Part shown: positions 34,454 through 46,906 of the stretch, piece by piece
How the letters are laid out: each line of letters begins with the position of its first letter
Numbering within the stretch: the stretch's first letter is position 1
NCBI GenBank assembly: GCA_965644495.1
Contig: CBFFSA010000017.1
Span: 62,001-126,000 of the forward strand
Direction: 5' to 3'
Length of the DNA: 64,000 nucleotides
Source: Perkinsela sp. CCAP 1560/9
Taxonomy: Eukaryota > Protista > Euglenozoa: Kinetoplastea
Made by a program: the position numbers and the translations under genes
Notes under the pieces: model-generated
What the model was told of the DNA's origin: nothing
Databases searched by the model: none
Seen by the model: only the letters and a program-made list of their open reading frames with translations

Positions 34454-37400
34454 CTTCTGTACCTTGTTGGTTTGTTTTTTTTTTCCTACTCTTTTTCCGA
34501 AAATGGGCATGCTGACGCGTGCCAAGGCGAAGGATGCCGGGGTAGCTCCCATAATCAGCGCATTCGTATAAAATTGTATTCGTGAAGATTGAAAAACTCA
34601 AATCAAGTGTAAAATACATTAATGTAATCCTACCCTTCGTCAAATCCATCGAATATGTTTGTACATCAATATATAAAGTATAAAGTAAAACAACATATGT
34701 CACTTAGTAGCGCTACTATAATTCATTTTCTCACAGTACTAACGAATGGGAAACTACTTCAATAGCCTCCGGGCGGGTGGGTGGGAAAAACACTTCGCTT
34801 ACTTATGCTAAGGCGCTTTCCTGCTCCCCCGCCCCCAGATCGCCACACAGAGACGGTGCCGTTAGAGAAGAAGACGCAGAGGTACCGATCAATGATATAG
34901 TTCTGCGGCCGCTAAATCCGTCAGCTCGGATTCTTTCTGACGAAGAATTCTACCTCCAAAGAAAAGAGCGCAAACAAGCTCGCTGGGAATTTCACGAAGC
35001 TTTACGCCAAGAAAGGCTAGCGAAACTCCCCGCTGCACAGGACATCGAGTCGCATAGAATTTCTGAGCCGTGTAACACGTCGCCTCTTCCGGAGGAAGTC
35101 ATCGAGTCGCGTATCACAACTGAGTCTCATACCCCCCAGCCGCATACCCCACTTCTCCATCCACCGCTCCCTCCGCCAACTCCAGCGAACAAAGCAACGG
35201 TTAAAATACCCGCGAAATTGTTTTCGAAGGACCTGTTTTCGAACCTTTTTTGTCGACGCGGCAAGAAAGCGACGGTAAACGCACCAGTTTTAGCAGATAG
35301 AATGCCACAAGATGCAGAAGAGGAAGGACACCACGAGAACCCGCCGTCGGAAAACAATAACCATAACGACAGTGAAGAACCAGAACAATTTTTCGACTGC
35401 GAAGGAAACGCTGACGACACTGCTTCAGCAAAGACGCTGGCACTATCTTCGAGTGAGTCGTTGACAATTCTTGCCAACTCCATGTGTCAAGAAATTGATC
35501 CTGCTGTTCACTTTCCCATTCCCCCGGACGAAGTATCCAGATTGTCTGACAACGCGAAGCCAGGGGATCGGTGCCTGGTAGCATGGAGCTTTGACTGCAC
35601 GCCCATCCTAAACGTATCGAGTGGCACTGTTAAAACATCTCGGAAAGTGCGAAACGTTCGAAAACTAGCGTTAAGTTACGAAGGCATCATTGGACACAAT
35701 ATTGGTGAGGTGTTTGATGGGCATATTCCCCCTCATTCCAACGTTCGCATCTTTCGACTGTTGTGGGAACCGCGCGTACAACAGAATAGCGAACCGAGTA
35801 AAACGTACGCGCGCCGACAACATACTGAGGACGATCTCGATCGCGAACCGATGCCGACATTACGCACAGTGTCTCCAGAATATATTCCTTGCGTCGTTGC
35901 GATTTATCGCGATATAATGCGGGAATATGCCGATAGTTCTTATCCACACCGCTACCGCATCTGGCATAGAGTTCTCTCTGCCATGAAATACTCTCTGGCA
36001 ACTATTCGAAAAGTTACGGTGAAGCGCCGCCGTCGCCGTCCATTGGACTCACATGACGATCAAGAATCATCGCAAGAGAATCATGAATTACAAAGATCAG
36101 AAGGAACTGTACCGAACGCTGACGCGAACGATAAACGCGCTATTAAAAAGGCGACAAGCCTGGTCCTCGACGGGTGTGTCTCGAAAGCTTCGCAAATTAT
36201 GGACCGAGAAATTACGGCGAAATCACTAAGCGACGAAGAAATCGTGGAAAAACTCATAGCACTCCACCCGAATCTCCCAACGAGTTTCCGATTGCCACAA
36301 GACGCCCCTATCACCGCATGCATTACCCCCAGCGAGCTGAGAGAGGCTGGCAGACGACTCGCGAAAGGTGCTTCACCGGGGCCTACGGGTACGACGGACT
36401 CGATAATACGTATTCTCCTGGACGATGAGGTTTGCTGTTTGAGCTTAACTCATATGTTCACAGACCTGATCAACGGGGTACTGCCTGAAGAAGTAATGAA
36501 GCGTCTTAAAAGAGCGCGACTCGTCGCAATTCCGAAAACAGCGCAAGGAATTCGACCGATTGCCGTAGGTGAGGTGTGGCTCAAAATCGCCGAAATTGTA
36601 TTACTACAGCGCCACGAGAAAACATTACCCCCTCTGTTTTCGCCACATCAGTTCGGAGTGATGATTAAATCTGGCTGCGAAAAAGTTGTGCATGAACTTG
36701 ATGAACGCTACGCGGAAGGATGCGCCATCTTATCGATTGACCTTAAGAACGCCTTCAACTCCCCATCACGGGACGAGATTGCCAGAGCAGTCTTTGGATT
36801 CCACAGCCTACGTCCATTCTTACGCCTCTTCAATGCGGAGTACGGGTCTCCATCCGAGCTGCTTTACTATGGAAAAGATGGCCGACTTTGCAACACTGTA
36901 ATGAGCGCTGCTGGCGTGCGCCAAGGGTCCCCCTTATCCACTATCTTGTTCTGCGCTTTTCTTCAACCAATCTTGGAAACAATCGCGTCCGAATTTCCCA
37001 CGCTACGTATTTATGCATTCGTTGATGACATCAATTTTGCATCGACTGACGCAGAAATGGTATCCAATGCATTCTTACGGCTTAAGGAACTGTTGACGTC
37101 GAAACGCGTAGAGACTTCCTCCAGTAAATGTATTTGGTTCGGGGGAATCAATCATATCCCTTTGCCGCATCAGTTAATGCAGGAAGGTGTAAACTGGGAG
37201 CCAGGCGCCACAAAGGTTCTAGGAGCATTCGTGGGCGACAGTCATCTGGTCAGCGAAAAACTTGTTCAGATGCTTCAAAAACACCGTACAGCATTCCGAC
37301 GTCTTCAGCAAATGGGGGCAAACAATGCTTCTGTTCTTTTGCTTTCCAAGTGCATTAATGTACGCCACCGATATCATATCCGCGTACATCATCCGGAAAA

Positions 37401-38740
37401 TACATCGGAGCTCACGAGACAATTTGACGGAGAAGTTTCCAACACTCTTTCCTCATGGTTTGGCGGACTAACAGAAAAACAAATCTCATGGACACGGCTT
37501 CCTCTTAAGAAAGGCGGGTTAGGTATCACTCCTTCCGAACCAATTAGGGAAGCAGCGTATACTAAATCCAAGCAAATGGCAACGGAGCGACCAATATATC
37601 TTTCAGCTCCCGCCCCTTGCACGGGTTTGGCCACACAGCTAACTACTCAGCCAAATCATAATAACCCTTCCGCCGATGAGCCAACAACAGAAGACCTGCA
37701 CCACAAATACATACGCGACAAATTGATGGAAGAACCACGCCAAGCCGACATATTACGAGCTACAAGTGCTAAAGGAAGTTACACGTGGCTGGCCTCCTCC
37801 ACCAGATTAGTGCCCAGCAGACTATTCACCCTTGCGGTAATGCCCCGTTTTGGACTGGCACATCCCAGACTCCCTGCACACCTACAGTGCCCCGGGTGTC
37901 ACACCTTGCTGACTTCCGAGAACGCTATTTCCCACGTGGCTGGATGCTCGACTTGCACTGGTAACAACGCGACAACGAAGCACAACAAAATGGTCCACAG
38001 ACTGTATGAATTATGCATCAAAGCAGGCATTCCTTGTGAACGAGAACCCCGGCAGTTCTCTACGTACACGTGTGTCAAATGTGGAGCTCATCTGGATGGG
38101 GATTCTAAACCATCACACCAAAGGATCTGCGGATCAGGATCTTTTCACCACTCAGGGCCGGATCTAGTTATTCACTGGGCCGACGGAGACGTATTCTACG
38201 ACTTCACCATTGTGCATGAACTATGTCCTTCGAATTTAACGCGAGGCGGCACAATCCTTATGAGGGACGCCATTAAACGGAAGAACAAGACGTACGTAGC
38301 CTCAAAACTGCTCCCCCAAATCCAATTTCAGTGCATACCGATGCTTGCAGGAGGAGCTATGCACGCTAACACAAAGAACCTACTTCTCGCTTTAGCCGAC
38401 GCGTGTGGATTAGCGCGGGATTACGTGATCCAAGATTTTACACTTCGATTACAAGAATTAAACGGATCGGTTGTTCTCTCGCAACTTGGCAAATTTCTAG
38501 TGCCGCAGAGCCGAGAAGATACGGCGATTTAATCAACCATTCTTTATTAATTATGAAAACTTGAGAAAGTAATTTTGGTTCCGGCTCAACACATGAGAGA
38601 AAATCATATTATTCATTATCTGAAAAGACCGGTCATATTATGTAACTTTATGGTAATTGATAAAAAAAAAAAAAAAGCAGGCTTCGCAGAAACTATAAAA
38701 CTATCAATATGGTACTATATAGTTACTATAAAAAAAAAAA
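34454..38740 (+). mobile_element. Full-length SL-to-poly(A) group-A CRE element nested in gag
   Basis: TTCTGTACCTTGTTG at 34455-34469; A-runs at 38662-38676 and 38729-38740; removal restores GCAAGGAA^GGTCTT. Confidence 0.92.
34777..38532 (+). CDS. CRE-type RT-RLE polyprotein (1251 aa; start codon uncertain)
   Basis: Uninterrupted ORF: SPGPTG, IRPIAVGE, DLKNAFN, GVRQG, FVDD, CPGC, KHN, EPR, SGPDL, YDFT. Confidence 0.9.
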   Translation: MGGKNTSLTYAKALSCSPAPRSPHRDGAVREEDAEVPINDIVLRPLNPSARILSDEEFYLQRKERKQARWEFHEALRQERLAKLPAAQDIESHRISEPCNTSPLPEEVIESRITTESHTPQPHTPLLHPPLPPPTPANKATVKIPAKLFSKDLFSNLFCRRGKKATVNAPVLADRMPQDAEEEGHHENPPSENNNHNDSEEPEQFFDCEGNADDTASAKTLALSSSESLTILANSMCQEIDPAVHFPIPPDEVSRLSDNAKPGDRCLVAWSFDCTPILNVSSGTVKTSRKVRNVRKLALSYEGIIGHNIGEVFDGHIPPHSNVRIFRLLWEPRVQQNSEPSKTYARRQHTEDDLDREPMPTLRTVSPEYIPCVVAIYRDIMREYADSSYPHRYRIWHRVLSAMKYSLATIRKVTVKRRRRRPLDSHDDQESSQENHELQRSEGTVPNADANDKRAIKKATSLVLDGCVSKASQIMDREITAKSLSDEEIVEKLIALHPNLPTSFRLPQDAPITACITPSELREAGRRLAKGASPGPTGTTDSIIRILLDDEVCCLSLTHMFTDLINGVLPEEVMKRLKRARLVAIPKTAQGIRPIAVGEVWLKIAEIVLLQRHEKTLPPLFSPHQFGVMIKSGCEKVVHELDERYAEGCAILSIDLKNAFNSPSRDEIARAVFGFHSLRPFLRLFNAEYGSPSELLYYGKDGRLCNTVMSAAGVRQGSPLSTILFCAFLQPILETIASEFPTLRIYAFVDDINFASTDAEMVSNAFLRLKELLTSKRVETSSSKCIWFGGINHIPLPHQLMQEGVNWEPGATKVLGAFVGDSHLVSEKLVQMLQKHRTAFRRLQQMGANNASVLLLSKCINVRHRYHIRVHHPENTSELTRQFDGEVSNTLSSWFGGLTEKQISWTRLPLKKGGLGITPSEPIREAAYTKSKQMATERPIYLSAPAPCTGLATQLTTQPNHNNPSADEPTTEDLHHKYIRDKLMEEPRQADILRATSAKGSYTWLASSTRLVPSRLFTLAVMPRFGLAHPRLPAHLQCPGCHTLLTSENAISHVAGCSTCTGNNATTKHNKMVHRLYELCIKAGIPCEREPRQFSTYTCVKCGAHLDGDSKPSHQRICGSGSFHHSGPDLVIHWADGDVFYDFTIVHELCPSNLTRGGTILMRDAIKRKNKTYVASKLLPQIQFQCIPMLAGGAMHANTKNLLLALADACGLARDYVIQDFTLRLQELNGSVVLSQLGKFLVPQSREDTAI

Positions 38741-40405
38741 GGTCTTGACTTATGGGGGGTGTGGGAAGATAAGCCGTCTAAGGAGTACCCCTTTCCTCAC
38801 CCGGATTTAGACTATTTTGAGATTAACATTATTGAGGATCGCGAGGTGCCGTCATCAGTTGCTAATTCGCAAGTCCCTATTTCTGAGCCAGTGGGATCGT
38901 CTGGGGAACTGCCAAGTAGCGCCCAAGAAATGGCAGGGGGGAGACAGATTGAGGGACCCTCCTTGACGCTTCCGGAGGCCCCACAGGAGGGCAGGCCCAG
39001 GCTCCTTGACCCCAACGCATTGAACCCTTATGAACCGATAACCTTTGAACCGTGGATTAATGCGTTAGACGACGACGGATTCCGTACCAGAGATTTGATT
39101 CGCGAGCTGAGAGAGGCCCCGGAATTTGGTTTGCATGGTAACCGATTTTATTATGATCGGAGCTTCGTTAAGCAGCAGGAACGTGTGTTCAATTCGATTT
39201 TTTGCAAGTGGATTGTTTTTGCTCGGTTGATACCAAATTGGAACCAAGGGGTCTATCTCGAGATGGGACGCGGAATAATTCAAACCCTTCGGGATGCTTA
39301 CTGGCGGGCGCGCCGAGTTGACGTTGATCTCGTCCACCAGAAAATGGAGAAAGATGTACGCCCAGAGGACAAATTTTATCATCATGTGAGCGATCAGTTA
39401 GTCGAACGACAAAAACTGTACGCCCGAGTCCAATCGTTTTCTACTTCAGGAACGCAAGTTTCACGCCCAAATCCAGTACCTTTTCGTCAGACCGGACCTC
39501 TTCAGCGACGAAATTTGTTGTGTTTCGGTTGCCGGTCACCAGAACATATCTGGCGCAATTGTCCCAAGCGCTTTAATCAGGATTTTCGCTCGCGGGTGGC
39601 TGGCCCTGCCGCAGGCAGCAAGAGTTTATGACTAATCCCCACCCAAACGGCCAGTACTATAATTACATTCAAACGAAAACAAACAAGCCTTTTTACGCAA
39701 GCCCCGAAGCGGAGGAGAGTGGAATGCAATTTGGTTGTGAAGGATGTTCAGAACTTAAGCGGGAGGTGCGTGCAATCCGAGAGTATTTACGGCGGAACTT
39801 TGAGTCTACAGCAGGCGTGTCCAGCACGCTTCAAATTGGTGAAATTGTTAATGGGGGTGTCCACACTGACACCGGAAATACGAAACGCATTGGATGCCAT
39901 GGGAGAGATGTGGAGCACAACAACGTGGCAAGCGAGGGCTCGCTTGTGGGAAAGACTGACAATGTTTTGTCAGTGGAGGGGAATAGAGGTCACCCCAATT
40001 CACGCGGTCGCATTTATCGCAAGTTTGCCAATTCGAATCCAAGCAAAGTTAACGTACGCACGCAGCCTTGCATCAATTCTCAACCTGGCAGGGAAAGTGG
40101 TGAATCCTCTGCGCTTCTACGTAAAATCATTGATGGCCGAGGGGGCGACGGAGCCGCTACGCCAGATGACCCCATTGACTCTGACCGATCTAAATCAACT
40201 GTGGCTCCATCTACCGGACAGCGAAAGACATACCTTGCTACTTTGTTGGAAGGCAGCAAGTCGGTGGTCAGAGACGGCAATGTTGACCCGAGACAAGTTT
40301 CACGAGATATCGCCTACCAGGATAGTGATTTGGTGGGGGCGCCACACAAAAACGTCTCGCTTCAATCCTTACCGCCCGTCAATGTATACGGTAGTGGAAG
40401 GTCCG

Positions 40406-40570
40406 TTTTTTTTTTTTTTTTTTGGCGTATTCCATTATAATCTTCCTCGTGCCTGCGGCATTCATACGCTTTTGAAGGGGGAGTCTGCGGTATACATATG
40501 AAATACAATCACTATTTTACACAAGTTTACATATTATAAAGGAACCTAATATTCTGATCTGCGTATTAGG
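40406..40570 (-). mobile_element. 165-bp poly(A)-tailed retro-insert (3' UTR only)
   Basis: T18 at 40406-40423; TSD AGGTCCG at 40399-40405 and 40571-40577. Confidence 0.9.
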
Positions 40571-42530
40571 AGGTCCGGGAACGAGCCGGCTGGCGAACTA
40601 TATTTCCAGACTTGGGGGGTACCAGCCAATGTCTCGAACAACGGTATCCGAAGCGGATCGCCAAATAAGGCGCATTTTGGGGGAAGGATTCGGGACGCAC
40701 TCTGCCAAGAGGGGGGCGATAACTCAGTTGTTCGCCGAGGTCGCAAAGGGGGGTACGGGCCTCGAGGAAGTACAGCGGTTAGCGAAGCATCAGTCGCTGG
40801 AGTCACTCCTAAGATACAATGCAGACCCCGTTACGACGGCGCTAGCGCTGGGTACGCAGAACGCGACAAGCCGGTTAAACATAATGTAGACGCTGATTTT
40901 GTTTTTCGCAAGTTTTTGGAGGACATTCCTCACGAGAAAGTTCGGCATACGATCACACGTACACGACGCACTTCGAAAGTAGCGCTCCCAAAAGATTTTT
41001 CCATCCCATTGCATGTGAAAAAAGGTATTCCACGCATTGAAGTGCAAGCCCTCAGGAATATGATGAATGAGACTGCGGGAGCTCGATTCGACGAGACGTG
41101 GAATACGTTGTTATCTTTACCAGGGGTGGCATCTCGGGTTCCCACATATCGATCTTTCTTGCCGGAGGGAGATGTAAAGGAGTTGGTCGACGCGGGTTTC
41201 GTTTCGCGTGTGGATGCAGAACAGGAGAGTAGTCGCCCCACGATGGATTGGGTAATCCCTTTCACTGTTGTTGAACCGGCCGATGATGGCTCCGAGAGAA
41301 GACGTTTTATTGCATGGACACAGGAGGATAATGAGCGGATTAAGGAGAGTTACGTGCCATATGTTCCTGTGAGACACGCAGCTTTCTATCTACACCGCGC
41401 GAAGGAACAGAGTGCGGTGAAGCGTGATCTTGCGTGCGGATTTTGGCAGGTCGCAATTCCGTTATCATGCCGTCAAAAATTTCGTTTCGTGAATAAAATG
41501 GGGGACCTGTATGAGATGACGGTGATGCCGATGGGCCACCGGTGTGCACCGGAGCTGATGCACGCATTAACTGCAACGCTGGCTGGAGATAGAGAATATT
41601 GTGAGAACAAAATGGCGTTTTTTCATGGAGGCCTCGATACTTATATCGATGGAATTCGATTTGCAGGGAATGACAAGATCACAAACGACTTTGCGCGATT
41701 CGTGGACGATAGAGCGGAGCGGGTGAATGCCTTGTTTAAGGATCATGGTCTTCCACCTGAGCAGCGGTACACATTCAACGGTATAACATATCACCATCGT
41801 GAGGGGAAGGTATCACTGGGACCAAAATTGACCCGCAGATTAGAGCATGATGAATTTATTGGTGCTACGTATTCATCGTTAGAGGCTGGTGTCGGACGTC
41901 TGGTTTTTGCCTCAGGTGTCATGGGTGTGAATCTACCTCAATATCATCTGGAGTTAAAAATTGTGCGCCGGAGAATCAATAGGTTAAATCGAGAACCCGA
42001 ACTGCTCGATCAAATAGTGCCCTTGCCAACGCCAGTACGGGTTGCGCTAACTGAGTGGCGCGATACCCTTTTATATCGATCGCCGGTGGTTCCGCTTCCG
42101 CATCCGGAAACAGTTCCGCATCGGCACATTTTATGTACAGACGCCTCCTCGAAGGGTTGGGGGGCAGTTTTATATCTGGATTACGGACAAATGTTGTGCA
42201 CTGGATCTCAATGGCCCCCTGATTTCGAGTATGAAGTTAACCGCGCGGAAGCGCGGGCTGTTCGCTTGGCCTTTCAAAAATATGGTCATCATTTTAACTC
42301 GGATACATGCGTCGACCTGTATGTTGACAATACTTCATGCGTTGCTGCGATAAATAGAAAAATGTCACGTTCAGACGGTATAACTTCTGAGCTACGCCGG
42401 TTGTTAGATTTCTTAAAGCGTAAAGGTGTCGCCGTTCAGGCACAGTATATTTGTTCGAGCGAAAATCCGGCCGATCCTTATAGTAGACTCTGCACGGTAG
42501 ACTCGGATAAAGCAGATGTCATGTAGTCGA

Positions 42531-42531
<1 letters not shown>

Positions 42532-42561
<30 letters not shown>

Positions 42562-45435
42562 CAAGTGTGAAATCTTTATGAGAAATGTTCACCTTCCCCC
42601 CTTCTCTCAATTTTCAAAGAGAAACTATCCCGAAAATGAAATCTATATAATTTTATAAGCTGACTCAGCTTATAGTGATATTGTGTTTAGAACTTATATA
42701 CTATATTCTTGAGTTTGCGTGCAGCCGTCTAAGTATTTCTTTAGCTGCGCATAAATCCCTAATCCATTAAGCTCCTGAATCGTCAGCTTCATTTCGAGTT
42801 CGACCTGTTTCCTGTTTAGCATGGCCGCGTCTGCTAGCGAGTGTACCAAGTTCTGCGTATTGCGGTGCAAAGCGCCTCCTGCCAGTACGGGTAAACATTG
42901 AAATGAGTCTTCACGAATTAAGTTCGTACGTACATATGTGTTGGACTTTCGCTGCAGCGCGTCATTCATGAGCTGTGCATTTCTTTCCACGATTAGACAT
43001 TGAGAGTTCGTGAATAACTGTCAGATCATAGAAGACCGCACCCATGTTCCAATAGATCACGAGATCGGGGCCAGACCGACAAAGTTTTTTTCCTGCACAA
43101 GTCTTCTGATGTACCAACTGGTTTTCCGGACTGATTGTGGCTCGGCAAGCGATGCACTTCCACGTAGAAAAGTTTCTAGGTTCCGTTTCACATGGGATGC
43201 CTGCTTTCACGCATAGACGATGTAAAAATCCGACAAGTGAGTTATGTTTCACGGTCGTATTTATACCTGAACATTGAGCACAGCCTGGGATATGGGTGAG
43301 GGCGTTTCGGTTATTGAGGAGAATACTGCACCCTGGACACAATAGACTGGTAGGTAGATCTGGGTGTTGGGCATTTAGTCGTGGCATAATCGCGAGTTTG
43401 AAGAGATGGGAAGGGATGTACTTCGCGTTGGAAAGGATCCAGTCGCTGTTTCCTTTGAAGGATGTGGCTTGTAGAATGGGCTTAATGTCGGGATCCGTTT
43501 GCAACTCTTTCAATACTTCGACATGATGGATGCAGGTGGAAGCTTTTTCGTCCACTGGTATGACTTTCATTGTCGAGTTCTTAGGAATAGACGGGTGTGA
43601 TGGCACCGCGTTGTCGATCCGAGCTGAAAAAGAGTTTCGGCGCTCAAGAACCGAGTAGCGGGATGCCACATATGCCGTCTCCCTAAGGGGACTGCTCGCT
43701 GTCAAACCCATTCCTCCCTTCTTAACGGGTAATCGTACAATTTTCATTTGATCGGGAGAGAGTGGACCAATCCAAGACTCTACCACATTTTCAACCTCTT
43801 GATCAAATTGTGATGATGCTTTCTCTGTTGTTTCGGGCGGGTGGACACGAATCAGGTATTGTTGACGAACATTGGCACATTTTGCTAAAAGAATCATCGA
43901 TATATTATTGATGCCCATTCGTTTTAGCCGCCGAAAAGCTGTGACCTGCTTCTCTAGTTGACGCAAAAGTCGTTCACTTATTGTGTTGTTTTCTCCAATA
44001 TACGCTCCGAGTACTTTGACCGCTTCGTCCTCCGACTTTACACCTTGGGTGCTCAGCGAATTCGGTATGGAATTTCCGGATTTTCCTCTGAACCAAACGC
44101 ATTTTGCCTCGGCTAGTTTCACCTGTTTTTCTTCTAGGAGACCTTTGAGCCTAAAGAATGCTTTCTCCAGTTCGGTTGAATCTCGAGACACTAACGTTAT
44201 ATCGTCAATGTATGCATTTATTTCAATACCTGGAAATTCGGAGGCCAGTGTCTCGAGTATTGGTTGACAGAATACGCAAAAGTAAAGACTAGCCAGAGCA
44301 GACCCTTGCCGTACACCTGCTGAGCTCATTATAATGTCCGTCAGGCTGCCATCGGAGCCATAAAATAAAAGTTCGGAAGCATTTGAATATTCGGCCGCAA
44401 AGAACCTTTGAAAGGGTTTCAGTGTAGCGAAAGCAAAAACGCACTTTGCAATTTCCTCTCGTGAGGGTGAGTTGAATGCATTTTGCATATCCACAGTCAG
44501 GATTGAGTGTCCGTCAAGCCAGCGGTCCCGCAACTTGTGTACGATTCGTTCGCACCCCGCTTGAGAGAATACGCCTTGTTGCATTGGTGCAAAGAGGGGT
44601 TCCAGTGACTTTTCGTATCTTTGCAGCAGAATTATTCCAGCTAATTTGCTAAATATTTCTCCAATGGCTACTGGGCGTACTCCCCCGTTGGGCTTGTCGA
44701 TGGCTACGAGTCTTGCCCGATTTAGACGCTGTAGAACTTGTCTAGATAGGAATCCGTTGATCAGATCGCTCATCATGTGACAAAGACTATTGCAACATGG
44801 CTCGTCGTCTATGAGAAGTCTAACGATGCTGTCGGTCGTACCTGTAGGCCCAGGGCTCACACCTTTTGCCAGTCGTCTACTTGCACATCTTAGTTCTTGT
44901 ACGGCTATTCCTGCGATAATCGGTGCATCTTCCGGAACTTTGAAATTGCAGTTTTGTTCTGGATGAAGTGCACGTAGTTTTTGGACTTTTTCTTGATCAG
45001 TCAACGTGCTCTTCTGAAAAGAACAGTCCAAAATCCTTGAAGCCTTCGATGTACAGTTTTCTAGCACCAAACGAGTGGCCCGTTTGATTGCTCGCTTGTC
45101 CTCATGAAAAAACTCGTCTTCTGGTTGATTGTGTTCAACTGTCTCTTGTTGTATGGGTCTTCGCCGCCGTTGTCTACTATTGGCTTGACGCACGGAAGCT
45201 AATGAAAGTTTCATTGCAGACAAAACTTTATTCCAAATTTGATTTCTTTGTACGTAGTCGCTTTCTGCATAGATGGCATGATGTCCCTGTATATGGCAAT
45301 CACACTGGAGATAAAATCAGGACTAATGGTTTTCGCGGTTGGAATTGGGAGATGGTCTACGTCTTCAGCTCCTGTGTCCAGCTTAAGCGCTCTGGCCTTT
45401 TTAACATGTGTTTCTTCGCGGGTCTCAATAGGAAG
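42532..45435 (-). mobile_element. Nested 5'-truncated group-A CRE element (frameshifts near 42975 and 45272)
   Basis: T-run at 42532-42552; TSD GTCGAC(TT) at 42526 and 45436; ORFs 42962-45223 and 42694-42990 (YIDD). Confidence 0.92.
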
Positions 45436-46298
45436 GTCGACTTACTTTGAATTTGAAGATACGATACCAAAAAGAAAAAAAAAATGTAGCAGTGAATATC
45501 GAGAAGCACGGGCACGGTGAGCGATACGGAATTTCCTTATGATTTATTTTGGCGGAGTAGGCACCGCTGAAATACATCAACGTGCGATTGGGTTGTAAAT
45601 GGAAGTAGGACGAGCGAATGGGTGGTCCCCGCGTCACCCGTTCGCAAGCTGGGAGAGGACAGAAGTGTTGTGGGATTATTTAATTTTGTTATGTTATGAC
45701 CGGTCATACAGTATTCATATGAATTTTGAATGTGCATAGAATTGAACGTATCAAATATCAGATAGAAGAGGGGAATGAAGATATTGTTTTGCTTAGTGCT
45801 TTCTTTCTTTCTTATAATATTTATGATGCACAATTCTCATAGTTTACGGAGAGAATTGGGCGAATAAATTATTTACGTTATACCAGTTTATCTATTGTGT
45901 GATGGCCGAGGGGCATTGTACCTGTTGTAAGAATTCAACTGATTTGATATATACACCCCCCAGATGTAACCCCATGTGTATACAGACGAATATGACGTTT
46001 GCTATGGTGATTATAAATTCAAGACTTTATTTCCTTTGTTAATTCGCGACAGTTAAAGTTTCCCCACCCGCCAAACCCCCTAACCACTCCCCGCGTCACC
46101 CGTTCGCAAGCTGGGAGAGGACAGAAGTGTTGTGGGATTATTTAATTTTGTTATGTTATGACCGGTCATACAGTATTCATATGAATTTTGAATGTGCATA
46201 GAATTGAACGTATCAAATATCAGATAGAAGAGGGGAATGAAGATATTGTTTTGCTTAGTGCTTTCTTTCTTTCTTATAATATTTATGATGCACAATTC

Positions 46299-46886
46299 GA
46301 TAGAAAACTCTGAGAAGCAACAAAAAGGCAACAAGACCACAGGGACACAAGGAGTACGCACGGCACTGAAGAAACTAGTCAATGACGAGCACGAAAAACT
46401 TGCGGCAGAGCTGAAAACAAAACCACGTTTCAGTGGAGTTATGAAGCGCTCGAAGGAAGCAAATTTTCATCTCCTCTCGACCAACAACTACGTAAACCCG
46501 TACCTCTTCCAGCAAACGCTCAAGATGAGGCTGGCCGTCAGTCTCCCTTCTTCGAGTAATATCTCCTGTCCTGGATGCGGGGTCAGTGAATCGCCCTCCG
46601 GAATATTTCCACACGTTGCAGGTTGCTCGAAATGTGCTGGGATGAACTGTACGAGAAAACACTCACACATTGTTCGATACCTTTCAAATCTATGTGGAAA
46701 AGCTGGACTCCCATGTGCGGTGGAACCGCGTCTGTATTCATCGTTCTTTTGCACGAAGTGTAAGTGCTCTATTTCACCAGAAGCAGCGGAGAGACACCCA
46801 TGCAGAGCTCGTCGTATACGTTCGGGCCCCGATCTGGCCATAATGTGGCCAGATATTGGAGAAGTCCTCTACGATGTCACAGTCGT
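46299..46886 (+). pseudogene. Group-A CRE fragment (YQDD subfamily, RLE region)
   Basis: KEANFHL, CPGC, RKH, EPR, RSGPDLAIMW; close to the 1613 element. Confidence 0.85.
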
Positions 46887-46906
46887 ACGATAAAGGTACA
46901 GTATCG

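Larger units (their letters stand above)
33987..46298 (+). mobile_element. YR family 1, copy 2, complete A1-ORFs-B1-A2-spacer-B2, carrying three nested insertions
   Basis: A1 33987-34214; gag split at 34453/38741; YR and RT split at 40405/40571; RT stop at 42526; B1 45626-45836; A2 45835-46062; B2 46088-46298. Confidence 0.92.

Noticed and set aside
34566-34736. Cis-spliced GT-AG intron
   Set aside because: Splicing gives TAC TAA, out of frame with the main ORF
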